Below are positions 39,491 through 52,424 of a stretch of 64,000 nt of DNA, piece after piece (the stretch's first letter is position 1; the number at the start of each line of letters is the position of its first letter). The position numbers were made by a program, and so were the translations under genes. The stretch comes from Azolla caroliniana (lineage: Eukaryota > Plantae > Polypodiophyta), in assembly GCA_043228905.1 (NCBI GenBank), contig JBHGNT010000018.1, positions 17,918,001 through 17,982,000 on the forward strand, read 5' to 3'. The notes under the pieces were generated by a model that saw only the letters and a list, made by a program, of their open reading frames with translations, was not told the DNA's origin and ran no database searches.

Positions 39491-39730
39491 AGAGAGAATG
39501 ATGATAACAAAAGATATATATTATGTGAAGAGAATATATATAGTAGTAGTTAAGAGGCTTAAGACTGCTGTTGAACCGATTTGGTTCGAAATAATGCCTT
39601 GTGCCTCCTTATATAGTGTTTTCAGGAGTACTCCTGAAGTTTCTAGAATGTTCCAAAGAAATCTAGAATATACATCAATTTTCTATAGTGAAATAATAAA
39701 TGAAAATAATATCCTTCGTATTACAATGTA

Positions 39731-39789
39731 TGGTCTAATGGCAAGGGCTTGACCCATGTAACATAAGGTCATGGGTTCGAATCTTGCCA
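39731..39789 (+). promoter_or_regulatory. tRNA-like Pol III A-box/B-box cassette in the G2 3' LTR (second copy ~60222-60281)
   Basis: TGGTCTAATGG (39731-39741) and GGTTCGAATCT (39774-39784) at tRNA spacing; antisense to the element. Confidence 0.6.
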
Positions 39790-39791
39790 TA

Positions 39792-41297
39792 TCATGACAC
39801 TATCTCCCCTTTAAAACGACGAGTGTTACGAGTCGGTTTGTTTGGATATTGACGATGGAAGTCTTCAAGAAGAGCACGAGCATTGGTCACATTCTCTATT
39901 GGTTCCCAAGTACGCTCGTTGGGACTATATCCTAGCAAATCGACCAAATAGTAGAGGTCGTTGGGACTATATCCTAGCAAATCGACCAAATAGTAGAGCT
40001 CGTTGGGACTATATCCTAGCAAATCGACCAAATAGTAGAGCTTGTTGCAAACAATCTTGGAATCGAGAATGGCGACAACCTCGTACTCATGTCCATCTTC
40101 AAGTTCGATCGGGGGTGGAGGTGGTTTAATACAACCTGGGATAGTGTTGTCCTGATAGGGTTCTAGAAGAGAACTATAAAATACTAGATGTATCCGTAGT
40201 TGCGGAGGTAGATCGAGACAAAAAGCGACATCATTAATTTTTCCAATAATACGAAAAGGACCCAATCACCGATAATCCAATTTATCGCATGGGTGAGTAG
40301 TCTTGATGTGTCGTCGTAACAACCATACCCGATCTCCAATGTTAAAACTGGATGGAAGCCGATGAAGGTCCACATAATCCTTGTGTGTTTGTTGAGCTTG
40401 TATCTTGCGTAGCCGCTCCAAACGATCCTCTGCACAAGGATTTGTGGGTAACTCCGGAGTTTCAAAAACACACCACTAGGGATAATAGCCCGCATAAGCA
40501 TAAAATGGTGTGACCTTCGTCAATCAGTGGACAGAGTTATTATACGCAGATTTGGCGAAATGGAGAATATCCGTCTAGTCATCTTGATGATAGCTTAGAA
40601 AACACCAAAGATACTCTTCCAGCGTTTGATTTGTTCGTTCTGCTTGTCCGTTTGTTTGCAGGTGGTAGCCGGAGGAGAGGTTACAAGTGACCTTGAACAT
40701 TTTGAAGACTCGGTGCTTCCAAAATTTCCAGACAAACTGGGGTCCACGGTCGCTGATGATACTATCGGGGAGGCCATGATGCCAACAAACCTCAAGCATG
40801 ACAGTTTCAACGGTTTCTTCACTAGTGATTTCCTTAATACATGGCAGGAAATGGGCCATCTTCGTATATCGATCTACTACTGTTAAGATCATATCGAATC
40901 CCTTAGAGATTGGAAGATCTGTGATGAAATCTAGAGCAATGGATTGCCATGGCTCGCTTGGAATTGGTAATGGTTCCAATAAACCATATGGATGGTGTCT
41001 TGGCATCTTTGCTCTACAACATGTATCACATGTCCGAACATAATCTTCGACAAATCCTCGCATATGAGGCCACCAAAATGATCGTTGTACTAAATCTAAC
41101 ATTTTAGTACTACCAAAATGCCTAGTTGTATATGTGTCATGACAATTTTGGATTGCTTAAAGGCGACAAGAACCATTAGGAACATACAAGAGCTTCTTAA
41201 AGAATACCAATCCATCATGATATTCGAATCGTCGATAATCCATACCTGGTTGTTACAACTATGAATGAGATGTGAATTTCATAGTTGATTTATCATG
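39792..41297 (-). pseudogene. G2 integrase and chromodomain
   Basis: WQSIALDFITDLP, SDRGPQF, NGQAERTNQ, GPFRI, YEVVAILDS..YYLVD..GY..TWEP; 39-bp in-frame triplication. Confidence 0.93.
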
Positions 41298-42697
41298 AAT
41301 TTTGTTGAGCGGCAAGTTGAATTGGAGCCGGATCGTCTAGATAAGCCTGAGCCGGTGAGCGAGACGGATCGGTGAGCACCCGGTGAGCAAAAGATCCGGT
41401 GAGCTGGGGAGCTGGGGAGCTGGGGAGCCGGTTAGCCAGATCCATCAATAACCGGAAGCCTAGTAGCAGCTAGACTACTAGGGAGTTATTACTCTCGTAG
41501 TTAGTGTTAGACGCTCGAGTGAGCATTGAAGTACACCGTACTTCTGTCAGTCCGTATGGACCTGTATAAAAATGTTCGTTGAACACATACGATGTACAGA
41601 GCGTTGATATAATTTTTGAATAGAGATTCTTGTTCTCTCTCTCTCTATCTCTCCCGCGTACTGTTAAGCTCTCCATTAAACCTGTTCTCTATTTTCTATT
41701 TTTATTGCTTCCACACGCTATTTGTTTTTACATGGTATCAGAGCGCGAGGGTTGAGAACCTCTGCAGCCGACATAGTTTGAAAGGAAAACTTTCGTAAAG
41801 AACAAGAAAAGAAAAATGGATAGAGGAATGGCTAGCTCGCTCCCGATGGAGAAGCTCGACAGAACCAACTACGCATCTTGGTCATACAAGATGCACCAGT
41901 ACCTGCTTGGGCATGGTTAGTGGAGCTATGTCGACGGAGCTAATGACACAGCACCTGATACGACACACAAGGACTTCCCGGTGTGGGAACAATCGGCAGG
42001 CAGAGTGATGTACTACTTTGCGTCCAATGTCGGAGACCAGCTGCTGAGCCACGTCCGAGATGTTGTTGGGAGACAGGTCCCTCCGGATGGAAAGGGAGAA
42101 GAACAGTGCTGATGAGCAAACTCGGCCGAGGCCGAAACCGGATGAGGAGTACCCGGCTTCGAAGAGCCGGATGGTGCAGACCCGGTGAGAACCGGATGAT
42201 GAGTGCCCGCCAAGATCCGGATGATGCAAGCCTGGTGAGGAGCGCTCTCCGGATGAAGAGACATATTCGTAAATATGTTTCTGAGAGTCCATCGAGGCTA
42301 TATTTGTAAATAGCCGAAAAAGTCATATTAGTATAAATATGACTTAGGGCAAACTTTTGATGTGGTTGTAATTATTGTCTGTGCGACATCAGAGCGTGTA
42401 ACTGTGTACAGAGAGAGTGAGAGAGAGGAAGAGGTCGTTGCCTCAGTTGTAACCGCCGCCTGTGGCGAAGATCGTGAGCACGAGGTCGTTGCCTCCGTGA
42501 ACTCACTGTTGTACATTCTAACATAGTGATAGTTTGGGTTTTCCACGTAAACATCCTGTGTACTCTTCTCTTCTTCGTGTCGTGCATTCTTTCACTGTTT
42601 TTTCTGTGTATGATTCTAAGCTTGGTTGTGGCCGAGCGTTGCGTATAGGGAGCTTGTAGTTCCCGTCAAGTGGTATCAGAGCGAAACGACACAGAAA

Positions 42698-45600
42698 ATG
42701 GACGATTCGTTAGGAGGCATGTTCAAGCTCACCGGCTCCAACTATTCTGTGTGGAAGTCGAAGATGAGGGACATGCTCGTGGTTAAAGGCCTCTGGCTGC
42801 CGGTTCAGTTCGGGGACAAGAGACCGAACAAAATCGACGCCGCGATATGGGAGGTGATGCACATGAAGACAACGGCGTACATACGGTGCTTCATCGACAT
42901 GAGCCTGTACAACAACTTCAATGAAGAGAGCAAGGCTCATGAGCTCTGGGAGAAGATCGACATTATGTTTCAAAACAAAAATGTTGTTAATCAGGTTTCG
43001 GTATTCCGGAAGCTAGTAAGACTCCGGTACCAAGATGGCTCCAGCATGGCGAAGCACATGAATGCCTTCCAGGGGCTGATCCACCAGGCAACATCATTGG
43101 AGGTACCTCTCGCCGATGAGGTATTAGCACTACTCCTGCTCGGTTCCCTCCCAGATAGTTGGGAGACGTTGGTTGTCACCTTGGGCAACGCCGGGACGGA
43201 AGGGAAACGGTTATCCCTAGCAAGAGTAAAGTCGAGCTTGCTAGATGAGGAGGCGCGTCGGAAAGATAAAGATACGAGCTCCGACTCCAAAGCGCTCCTT
43301 ACCGAATCGGAACGCGGAAGACAAAGAAACCATAGTCCCCAGAACCGGGAAAAGTCGGGGACACGGTCAAAGTCAAGGGGGATACCTACTTGCTTCTATT
43401 GCGGCAAGCCGGGACACTTCCAGAAGAACTGTCGGCATTTCCGAAAGGACAAGGAAACCAACGGTACCGATTCGAAGTGGATACCGGACCGGAACGGTAA
43501 AGACCGGAGGGGAACGGATCGGAAGGGGACGACGGCAATCGCGGCAAGTGAAGAAGAGTTGATGCTCATCACCGAGGAGAGTGAGATAAACCTTGCCGGC
43601 GACGAGATGACCTGGGTGGTCGACTCCGGAGCGTCGTTCCACCTTACCCCGGACCGGAAATGCTTCTCGTCCTACTCAGCTGGTGATCACGACTGTGTCC
43701 GGATGGGGAATGAAGGTACATGCCGAATTGTCGGCATAGGAGAAGTATGGTTGTCAACACCAACCGGATGCAAGATGCTGCTGAAGGAGGTTCGACACGT
43801 TCCAGAGGTTCGTCTGAACCTGATATCAGCCGGTCGGCTAGATGATGAAGGCTACACGGGTAGCATCCGGAACGGTGTTATGAAGTTCAGCAAAGGGAGC
43901 CTGATTGTGGCTCGGGCTCGGAAGGTAAACACGTTGTACTTGATGAATGCCCGGTTATGTCCGGAGGAAGTGAACGTGGCATCCGACACTGCCGGTGAGC
44001 TGTGGCACAAAAGGTTGTGTCACATGAGCGAGAAGGGGATGAAGAGGCTTGCAGACGACAACCTCATTCCAGTGAAGAACGTGCACTTGGAGAAGTGTAC
44101 TGACTATCTGGCCGGTAAACAAAACCGGACCTCCTTCCGACCAAGGCCACCGATGAGACGTAATGCACCACTGGAGTTGGTGCATACTGATGTGTGTCAA
44201 GTGGACACGAAGTCACATGCAGGATCGCAGTACTTCGTGACATTCATAGATGACCACAGTCGGAAGCTATGGGCCACACCGTTGAAGACGAAGGATCAAG
44301 TGTTATCCGTCTTCAAAGAGCTCCACGCGAGAGTGGAAAGAGAAACCGGTCGGAAACTGAAGGCGGTTTGAGCAGATAACGGAGGTGAATACCGGGGGCA
44401 GTTCGAGGAGTACTGTCGCTTGAAGGGAATTCGGCTCGAATTTACCGTGCCGAAGACGCCGGAACTAAACGGGCTGACCAAGAGGATGAACCGGACCAAA
44501 GCTTCGAAGAAGCGAAGGATGACACCCATAGCCGCAAATGGTTAAGTGACATGCAGGATGAGATGGATTCCCTGCATGAGAACCATACGTACGAATTCGT
44601 GGATTTGCCGAAAGGAAAGCGGGCACTCCAAAACAAGTGGGTGTACAAGTTGAAACCGGGAGATGCCGGCAACCCTCCGAGATACAAAGCCAGGATCGTG
44701 GTGAAGGGGTTCCAGCAGAAGAAGGGCGTGGACTTCGACGAGATATTTGCCCCGGTAGTAAAGATGACCTCCATCCGGACGGTGCTGAGTTTAGCAGCAA
44801 GCATGGACCTCGAGGTAGAGCAGCTAGACGTGAAGACGACATTCCTTCACAACGACCTCAAAGAGGAGATCTGTTACCGGCCGGCAAAGGAGTCCAGAGT
44901 GGGAAACGGAGAGTTAATTAAGTAGTAGGAATGTGGTTGTAATTAAGCTATGAGTGTGGACGGACGGACCGGAAACGGTATGCCGTTCCGGATCCGGACC
45001 GATCCCGAACAGGTGCGGATGGCACCGTTTGTAATACAGACCGGAAACCTATTTAAAGGCCCGGATACAATGTAATAGTTAGCGGTTAATTAATGAAAGC
45101 TTAAGCATTGTTATCTCTCTGTGTTAATTGTCGTTCTGTCGTAATTGTTATATCTTACGCGTGTTATGAAAGACGATCCTAATAAGTAACTTAATTAAGT
45201 CGGATTAAGCGTTGAAGTCTAATCTGGTTGCCGTAACACCCTTTGGTGAAGTGTCTCCCGTAGACACCCTGTGTTAGGCCATTGTCCGGCCCTAAGAGTT
45301 AACAAGATCTACATGCAGCAACCGGAAGGATTCGTGGAGAAAGGGAAGGAGCACCTGGTTTGCCGGTTGAAGAAGAGCCTCTACGGGTTGAATCAAGCCC
45401 TCGGCAATGGTACCGGAAGTTCGATTCCTTCATGGCCGATCAAGGGTACCACAAGACGCAGGCCGATCACTGCGTGTTTGTGAAGAAGTTCGAAGGAGGC
45501 GACTTCCTGATACTCCTTCTGTACGTGGATGACATGTTGATCGTCGGACGGGACCAAGTCAAAATACGAATGCTGAAGAAGGCTCTCAATCGGACCTTCT

Positions 45601-46499
45601 CAATGAAAGACTTGGGTCCGGCAAGACAGATGCTGGGGATGCATATTATCCGGAACTGGTCAGTGAAGCAATTATGGCTGTCACAGGAGAAGTACGTGAC
45701 AAAGGTGCTTCACCGGTTCAACATGTTAGATGCGAAACCGGTCGGATCGACACTTCCGGCAAACTGCAGGCTATCCGGTAAGCAAAGCCCGAAGACGAAA
45801 GCAGAGAAGGTGGATATGATGAAGATTTCATATGCCTCTACCGTCGGGAGCTTGATGTACGCAATGGTGTGTACCCGACCGGATATAGGATACGCAGTCG
45901 GAGTGGTGAGCCGGTTTATGAGCAATCTCAGCAAGGAGCACTGGAACGCGGTCAAATGGATACTTTGGTATTTGAAGGGCACTTCAAATATGTGTCTCCG
46001 ATTCGGCTCCGGAAAATCTCAACTTGACGGTTTCACCGATTCGGACATGTCGGCTGATGTGGATACCAGCCGGTCCACATCCCGGTATGTAATGACATAT
46101 GCATGGGGAGCTGTTTCGTGGCAGTCGAGGCTGCAGAAGACGGTTGCGTTGTCAACCACGGAGGCGGAGTTCATGGCGGTTGTGGAAGCCGACAAGGAAA
46201 TGTTATGGATGAAGGACTTCATCGGAGAGCTCGGTATCCGGCAAGATGAATACCGGTTCTATTGCGACAGTCAAAGTGCCATCCACCTTGCTAAGAATGC
46301 GGCCTACCATTCCCAGACGAAGCATATCCAACGAAGGTATCACTGGATCCAGGAAAGAGTAGATGACCAGGAGTTCGCACTGACGAAGATCCACACGGCC
46401 GAGAACGGGTCAGATATGCTGACCAAACTGCTGATACCCGACAAGCTGGATGCATGCCGGAAGAGGATCAGACTAGTAAGACACCCCATGCCGGAGTGA
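42698..46499 (+). pseudogene. Copia B gag-pol
   Basis: CFYCGKPGHFQKNC, WVVDSGASFH, LVHTDVC, LLYVDDM, YCDSQSAIHLAKN; ~0.68-kb deletion at ~44498 relative to Copia D; solo LTR in RT. Confidence 0.95.
44872..45304. mobile_element. Solo LTR of another family inside the Copia B RT
   Basis: TGTTA...TAACA termini; TSD AGATC (44867-44871 / 45305-45309); RT frame EEI|YMQQPEGF rejoins on removal. Confidence 0.93.
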
Positions 46500-47259
46500 A
46501 GGGGGAGTTTGTTGGGAGACAGGTCCCTCCGGATGGAAAGGGAGAAGAACAGTGTTGATGAGCAAACTCGGTCGAGGCCAAAACCGGATGAGGAGTACTT
46601 GGCTTCGGAGAGCCGGATGGTGCAGACCCAGTGAGAACCGGATAAGGAGTACCCGGCTATGGAGAGCCGGATGGTGCGTACCCGGTAGAAACCGGATGAG
46701 GAGTACCCGACTTTGGAGAACCGGATGGTGCAGACCCGGTGAGAACCGGATGACGAGTGCCTGGCAAGATCCGGATGATGCATGCCCGGTGAGGAGCGCT
46801 CTTCGGATGAAGAGACATATTCGTAAATATGTTTCTGAGAGTCCATCGAGGCTATATTTGTAAATAGCCGAAAAAGTCATATTAGTATAAATATGACTTA
46901 GGGCAAACTTTTGATGTGGTTGTAATTCTTGTCTGTGCGAGATCAGAGCGTGTAACTGTGTACAGAGAGAGTGAGAGAGAGGAAGAGGTTGTTGCCTCAG
47001 TTGTAACCGCCGCCTGTGGCGAAGATCGTGAGCACGAGGTCATTGCCTCCGTGAACTCACTGTTGTACATTCTAACATAGTGATAGTTTGCAGCCTGTGG
47101 GCTGCCGTAGTTTTTTCCCTTAGTTTGGGTTTTCCACGTAAACATCCTGTGTACTCTTCTCTTCTTCGTGTCGTGCATTCTTTCACCGTTTTTTCTGTGT
47201 ATGATTCTAAGCTCGGTTGTGGCCAAGTGTTGCGTATAGGGAGCTTGTAGTTCCCGTCA

Positions 47260-50200
47260 GATGCTGGGACGCCGAAAGAGGCTTGGGGAAACCTGAAGAA
47301 GGTGTTTGCTGCAAGCACCACAACCCGAAAGCTGCAACTCCGACAGGAGTTGAGCAATGTCCAATAGAAGGACATGTCGGTGGCTGATTACACGACCCGA
47401 ATCAAAGAGATCTGTGACTCGCTTGCCTCTATCAACGTCACTGTAGATGAAGACGAGATGGTACAGGTCTGTCTTGGGGGCCTGGCGTCTAAGTTCCGAG
47501 CTTTCCGGACAGCAGTACGTACGAGGGAGAATACGTCGTCATTTTTCGACTTACAGTCGATGCTCCTTGTAGAGGAGAACCATGGCGGTGCATCAACAAG
47601 TGCACCCACCAACAATCGGATGCTGTACACGGAGCGGATCGGCCCCGTGGGCGTGGTGGACGAGGCGGGTCGGCACGCAATGGAGGCGGCCGGCAAGGGC
47701 AAGACCGACGACACAGAGACTGTGCCGACAGCAGTTCCGGGACTTCCACAAGCAAGGGGAGTCAAGACAAATCCGCCACGGAATGTTGGTACTGTGGCAA
47801 AAAGTGCCACAGAGAAAGCGAGTGCTGGAAGAAGCGTGCCGATTCAGACAGATCTGGATCCGGCAAGACCGGTCGGGAGAATCGGTAAAGCTTGCACTAC
47901 GCACAAGGATCGAGAGGATTCGGAACCGGGAAGACCGGTAAGGGTCCGGTGTGGTACGTCGATTCCGGTGCGTGAAATCACATGACGAGCCACAAAGAGT
48001 GGTTCTCCTTCTTGGAGAAACCGGAACAACTTGGAGTTGTCGAAACAGGAGACGACACTCCTCACCCAATCGTGCATGTCGGAGAAGTTCCCCTGAGCCA
48101 CGTCGGACAGAGGGGGAAGCTGATGAACGTATTACACGTTCCGACTATCATGAAGAACCTGGTGTTGGTCGGACAGATCGTCGACCAGGGAATGCAAGTG
48201 CGCTTTACGCACCTCGGGTGCTTCATCGAGGAGGAGGGCCAGATTATCGGGCAAGGGCACAGAGATGGGAGGATGTTCATCCTTGACACCAATGACGTCA
48301 GCACCGCCTTGTTTGCCAAAGGACAGAAGGTCGAATCGGACATTGACCTGTGGCACAAGCGGATCAGCCACGTCAATTACCGACGGCTTCAAGACTTGCA
48401 AACGAAACAAGTTGTTTTCGGTTTGCCGAAGTTTAGTGGCCGGAAGTCCCAAGTATGTGAAGCCTGCCAACTCGGGAAGCAACATCGGCTTCCATTCCCC
48501 GCCGAACAAAACCGTAGTCGTAACAAGCTCAACCTTATTCATTCGGATGTATGGGGACCGCCACAGAACGTGAGTCTTGGTGGGAGTCGATACTTCGTCT
48601 CCTTCATCGATGACTATAGTTGGCACACATGGATCTACCTCATTGAGCGGAAGAGCGAAGTCTTCGACTGTTTCCGGAACCTCTAGAGCATGGTGGAACA
48701 GGAATTAGAGAGGAAGATCAAGTGTCTGCGGTTAGATGGCAGAAAAGAATATTTTTCCGGCCAATTCAATAGTTATTTGCAGCAAACAGGAATTCAGAGA
48801 GAGTTCAGTTGCAGATACACACCAGAGCAAAACGGTGTGGCCGAAAGGAAGAACCGATCTCTTGTCAACGCGGCAAGGGCAATGCTGGAAGAAAAGAGCA
48901 TGCCCCATTTCTACTGGGCGGAGGCGGTCCGGACGGCCGTCTACATCCAAAACCGGATCAGTGACAAGGTGTCCGGGCATGAGCTGTATTTCGGGCGCAA
49001 GCATATGTGCATGTGCCGGATGAGAAGCGAAGGAAGCTGGATGCAAAATCGGAGAAGTGCATCCTCGTTGGCTACTCACATGAGGAAAAGGGGTATAAGT
49101 GTTATAACCCCCAGACGAAGCAGGTCCGAGTTAGCCGCGATGTTGAGTTTGATGAGACGGTATCATGGTATGCCTTACCAACTCTGACTTCTGACCCCGA
49201 CCCGATACCGGAGGATGAGGCTAGAGAGCCTGAACCGGTCCAGTTAGAAGATGATGAATCCGGGACTCAAGAAGAGAGTCCGGAATCGTTTCGGTTGAGT
49301 GGGCCGAACGAGAGACTGGGTCAATCCGACTAGTCAGAAGAAGAACCGACGAGTAGTGAAGACTCTGTCGTGCTCTCCCCGCACAAGGAATCGAGGAGAC
49401 GGTTCACGCGCAAAGAGAAGGGGAAGAAGAAGATGTCGGATTATGGAACCGGTATTGATGAGTCGGATTGGAGCGGATCCGACTCCGGAAAGGAAAATGA
49501 CGGTTCTTCGGCATCGAAGACCGAACCGGCCAAGAAGGGCCTCAGACCAGGTAACGGTGGGTTACGTCGGTCAACCTGCCAGAAGGAACCTGTTAAGCAG
49601 TACGGGTACAATGAGTACATGGCGCATCACTATGCGTACATGACCAAGGTGGCGGAAGTGCGTGAGCCAGAGAGCTACGTAGAAGCGGCAAAGGACGCAC
49701 ATTTGCGTGCCGCTATGGAAGAAGAGATGTGGGCACTTGATGCCAACGATACATGGGACCTGGTTGACCCTCCCCGTCACAGTAAACCGATCGGATGCAA
49801 GTGGGTGTACAAGGTAAAGTACAACGCCAACAGTTCAGTTAACCATTACAAGGCCCGATTAGTGGCGAAAGGATACGCACAGACCCACGGAATCGACTAC
49901 GACGAGACCTTCACTCCGGTAGCGAAGATGACGACGGTTCGTGTGGTGTTGGCGGTTATAGCGGCAAGGGGGTGGCATCTTCACCAGATGGATGTGAAGA
50001 ATGCATTTCTTCAAGGAGATCTTGAAGAAGAGGTCTTTATGAACAAGTCGGCGGTATGCCGGCTGAAGAAGTCACTTTATGGCCTAAAGCAAGCCCCCCG
50101 AGCTTGGAATGCGAAGATGACGCACCGGTTGCGTAAGATAGGGTTTGCAGCCTCCAAGTCTGACTCTTCGTTGTTCATCCGGCAAGGTCAGGACGGTCCG

Positions 50201-51570
50201 GTTTGCATATTGTTGTACGTTGATGATCTGGTCATTATCGAACCCGGACTCGATGAAATCAGCCGAGTCAAGTCCCAGTTGTCGAATGCGTTTGAGATGA
50301 AGGACCTGGGGGACCTTCATTATTTTCTTGGGATCGAGGTGATCCAAACCCCCGACGGCATATTGCTCTCACAAAGGCACTATGTGTTGAATATGATGTA
50401 CAAGTTCGGCATGACGGAATGCCGACCCATCTCTACTCCCCTAGACCGGAACCAGAAGCTCTGTCCCGACTCCAGACCGGCCTGCGATGAGAAACGGTTC
50501 CGACATATTGTCGAAAGCCTTATATATTTGACCATCACCCGACCCGACATCAGCTATCCGATTGGTGTGATTAGCCAACTCATGCAGAAGCCGACCGTGG
50601 AGCATCTTCAGTGCGCGCACCGAATATTGCGGTATGTGAGCGGCACAAAGGACCGAGGACTGTTATACCAACACGGTATAATCGAAGAGCTGGTCGGTTA
50701 CACAGATGTCGACTGGGCCGGCGATGCATCAGATCGCCGATCAACCTCCGATTACATGTTTTCCCTAGGTAGCGCGGTTGTTGCGTGGAGCAGCAAAAAG
50801 CAACCAATAGTTGCTCTATCGAGCACTGAGGCTGAGTATCGGGGTGCTACCATTGCCACTGTGAAGCCATTTGGCTTCGACGACTGCTGCAAGACCTACG
50901 AATCGAGGTACTGACCCCGATTCTGATCTACTGCGACAACATAAGCAGCATGCAGCTCGCCAAGAACCCCGTATTCCCTTCTCGCACAAAGCACATAGAA
51001 GTGCACTATCACTTCGTGCGTGAGCGTGTCCTAAGCGGTGAGGTCGAACTTCGGTATGTTCACACGGATCGGCAAGTTGCCAACATCTTCACCAAACCAC
51101 TCGGATCGGACAAGTTGCAACACTTCACCGAAATGCTTGGTGTTCAGCATCTCGACGTGCCACACTTGAGGGGGAGAATGGGCAAAGACACCGGAACGGG
51201 CAAAGGCAAAGAGACTGCCACTTGCGCCGGTGAGGGAAGAACCGACGAAGGGAGAGTCAAGAAGAAGAAAGGAGCCAAGTCGAAAAAGGAAGTCGACACA
51301 TCCGAACAAGTCAAAACAAGTGGCAGCGGCGGCAAAGTCAAGAAGGACAGAGCCGACCGGAAGAAGAAGACCAAGACCCAAACATGGTCTGATGTGGTGA
51401 AAGGCCTGGAAACAGAAGACGAATCGGGAGCAACCGATTCAGACAAGAGCTGGAACGAATCGGAGACAATCGATTCGGCTCAACAAACAGATTCGGAAGA
51501 ACCAGATCAATTCAAGGCCAAGAGGACGAGAAGGCAGCGAAAGTCGACGCCAACACGAAGGAATCGGTGA
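47260..51570 (+). pseudogene. Copia C gag-pol (continuation)
   Basis: [44 protein letters not shown], plus a charged C-terminal extension. Confidence 0.95.
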
Positions 51571-52360
51571 ACCGGCACGCACCGAAGTCACAGCAGCGAG
51601 GGAGCTGAACAAGGCCTGTTGAGCAGACAAGCCGACCGAGGAGGTCGAGGTGCGCAGAACAAGAGGGGTCGCGGCAAACAGAACCAGACCGGACGAGGAG
51701 CGCGAGCAAGGCAGAGTGACGCCAGAAGGAGCCGAGCAGAAGGACCGGTTGCCACAGACGTTGACACTACGACCGGACCTCAAGTTGAGCTTGAGGGGGA
51801 GTGTTGAGCGGCAAGCTCAATTGGAGCCGGATCGGCTGGATAAGCCTGAGCCGGTGAGTGAGACGGATCGGTGAGCCGGTGAGCACCCGGTGAGCAAAAG
51901 AGCCGGTGAGCTAGGGAGCCGGTTAGCCAGATCCAGCAGTAACCGGAAGCCTAGTAGCAGTTAGACTACTAGGGAGTTATTACTCTCGTAATTAGTGTCA
52001 GACGCTCGAGTGAGCATTGAAGTACACCGTACTTCTGTCAATCCGTATGGACTTGTATAAAAGTGTTCGTTGAACACATACGATGTACAAAGCGTTGATA
52101 TAATTTTTGAATAGAGATTCTTGTTCTCTCTCTCTGTCTCTCCCGCGTACTATTAAGCTCTCCATTAAACCTGTTCTTTGTTTTTTGTTTTTATTGCTTC
52201 CGCACGCTATTTGTTTTTACAAATTTCATAATTGATTTCGGCGGCATTAAACTTGCATGAGTGGAAAGCAACATGATGTAGCTTTTCATCATCGCCTTGT
52301 TGTGAAAGAATGCTACCCTGTCATGAAGACATACATCTTGGCTTATCATGACATTCATCT

Positions 52361-52424
52361 TGGCGAACCAGGAATCGAACCCATAACCTCTTGGTTTACA
52401 TATTGTACTTTAACCATTGTAATA
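52361..52424 (-). promoter_or_regulatory. tRNA-like Pol III A-box/B-box cassette in the G3 5' LTR (second copy ~56434-56497)
   Basis: Minus strand TATTACAATGGTTAAAG...GAGGTTATGGGTTCGATTCCTGGTTCGCCA; perfect B-box; antisense to the element. Confidence 0.62.

Larger units (their letters stand above)
42064..47259 (+). mobile_element. Copia B (Tnt1/Tork-like), internally deleted
   Basis: TSD GATGT/GATGC; LTRs 42064-42668 and 46510-47259; PBS 42671-42682; PPT 46498-46509. Confidence 0.96.
41303..52221 (+). mobile_element. Copia C (relative of A), interrupted by Copia B
   Basis: TSD AATTT (41298-41302 / 52222-52226); LTRs 41303-41732 and 51802-52221; PBS 41733-41744; PPT 51791-51801; gag ATG at 41816. 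Confidence 0.96.

Noticed and set aside
46340-46880. Repetitive Ser/Arg-rich ORFs (also 35360-35749, 41882-42326)
   Set aside because: Produced by the 54-bp (multiple of 3) LTR repeats; no evidence of coding function.
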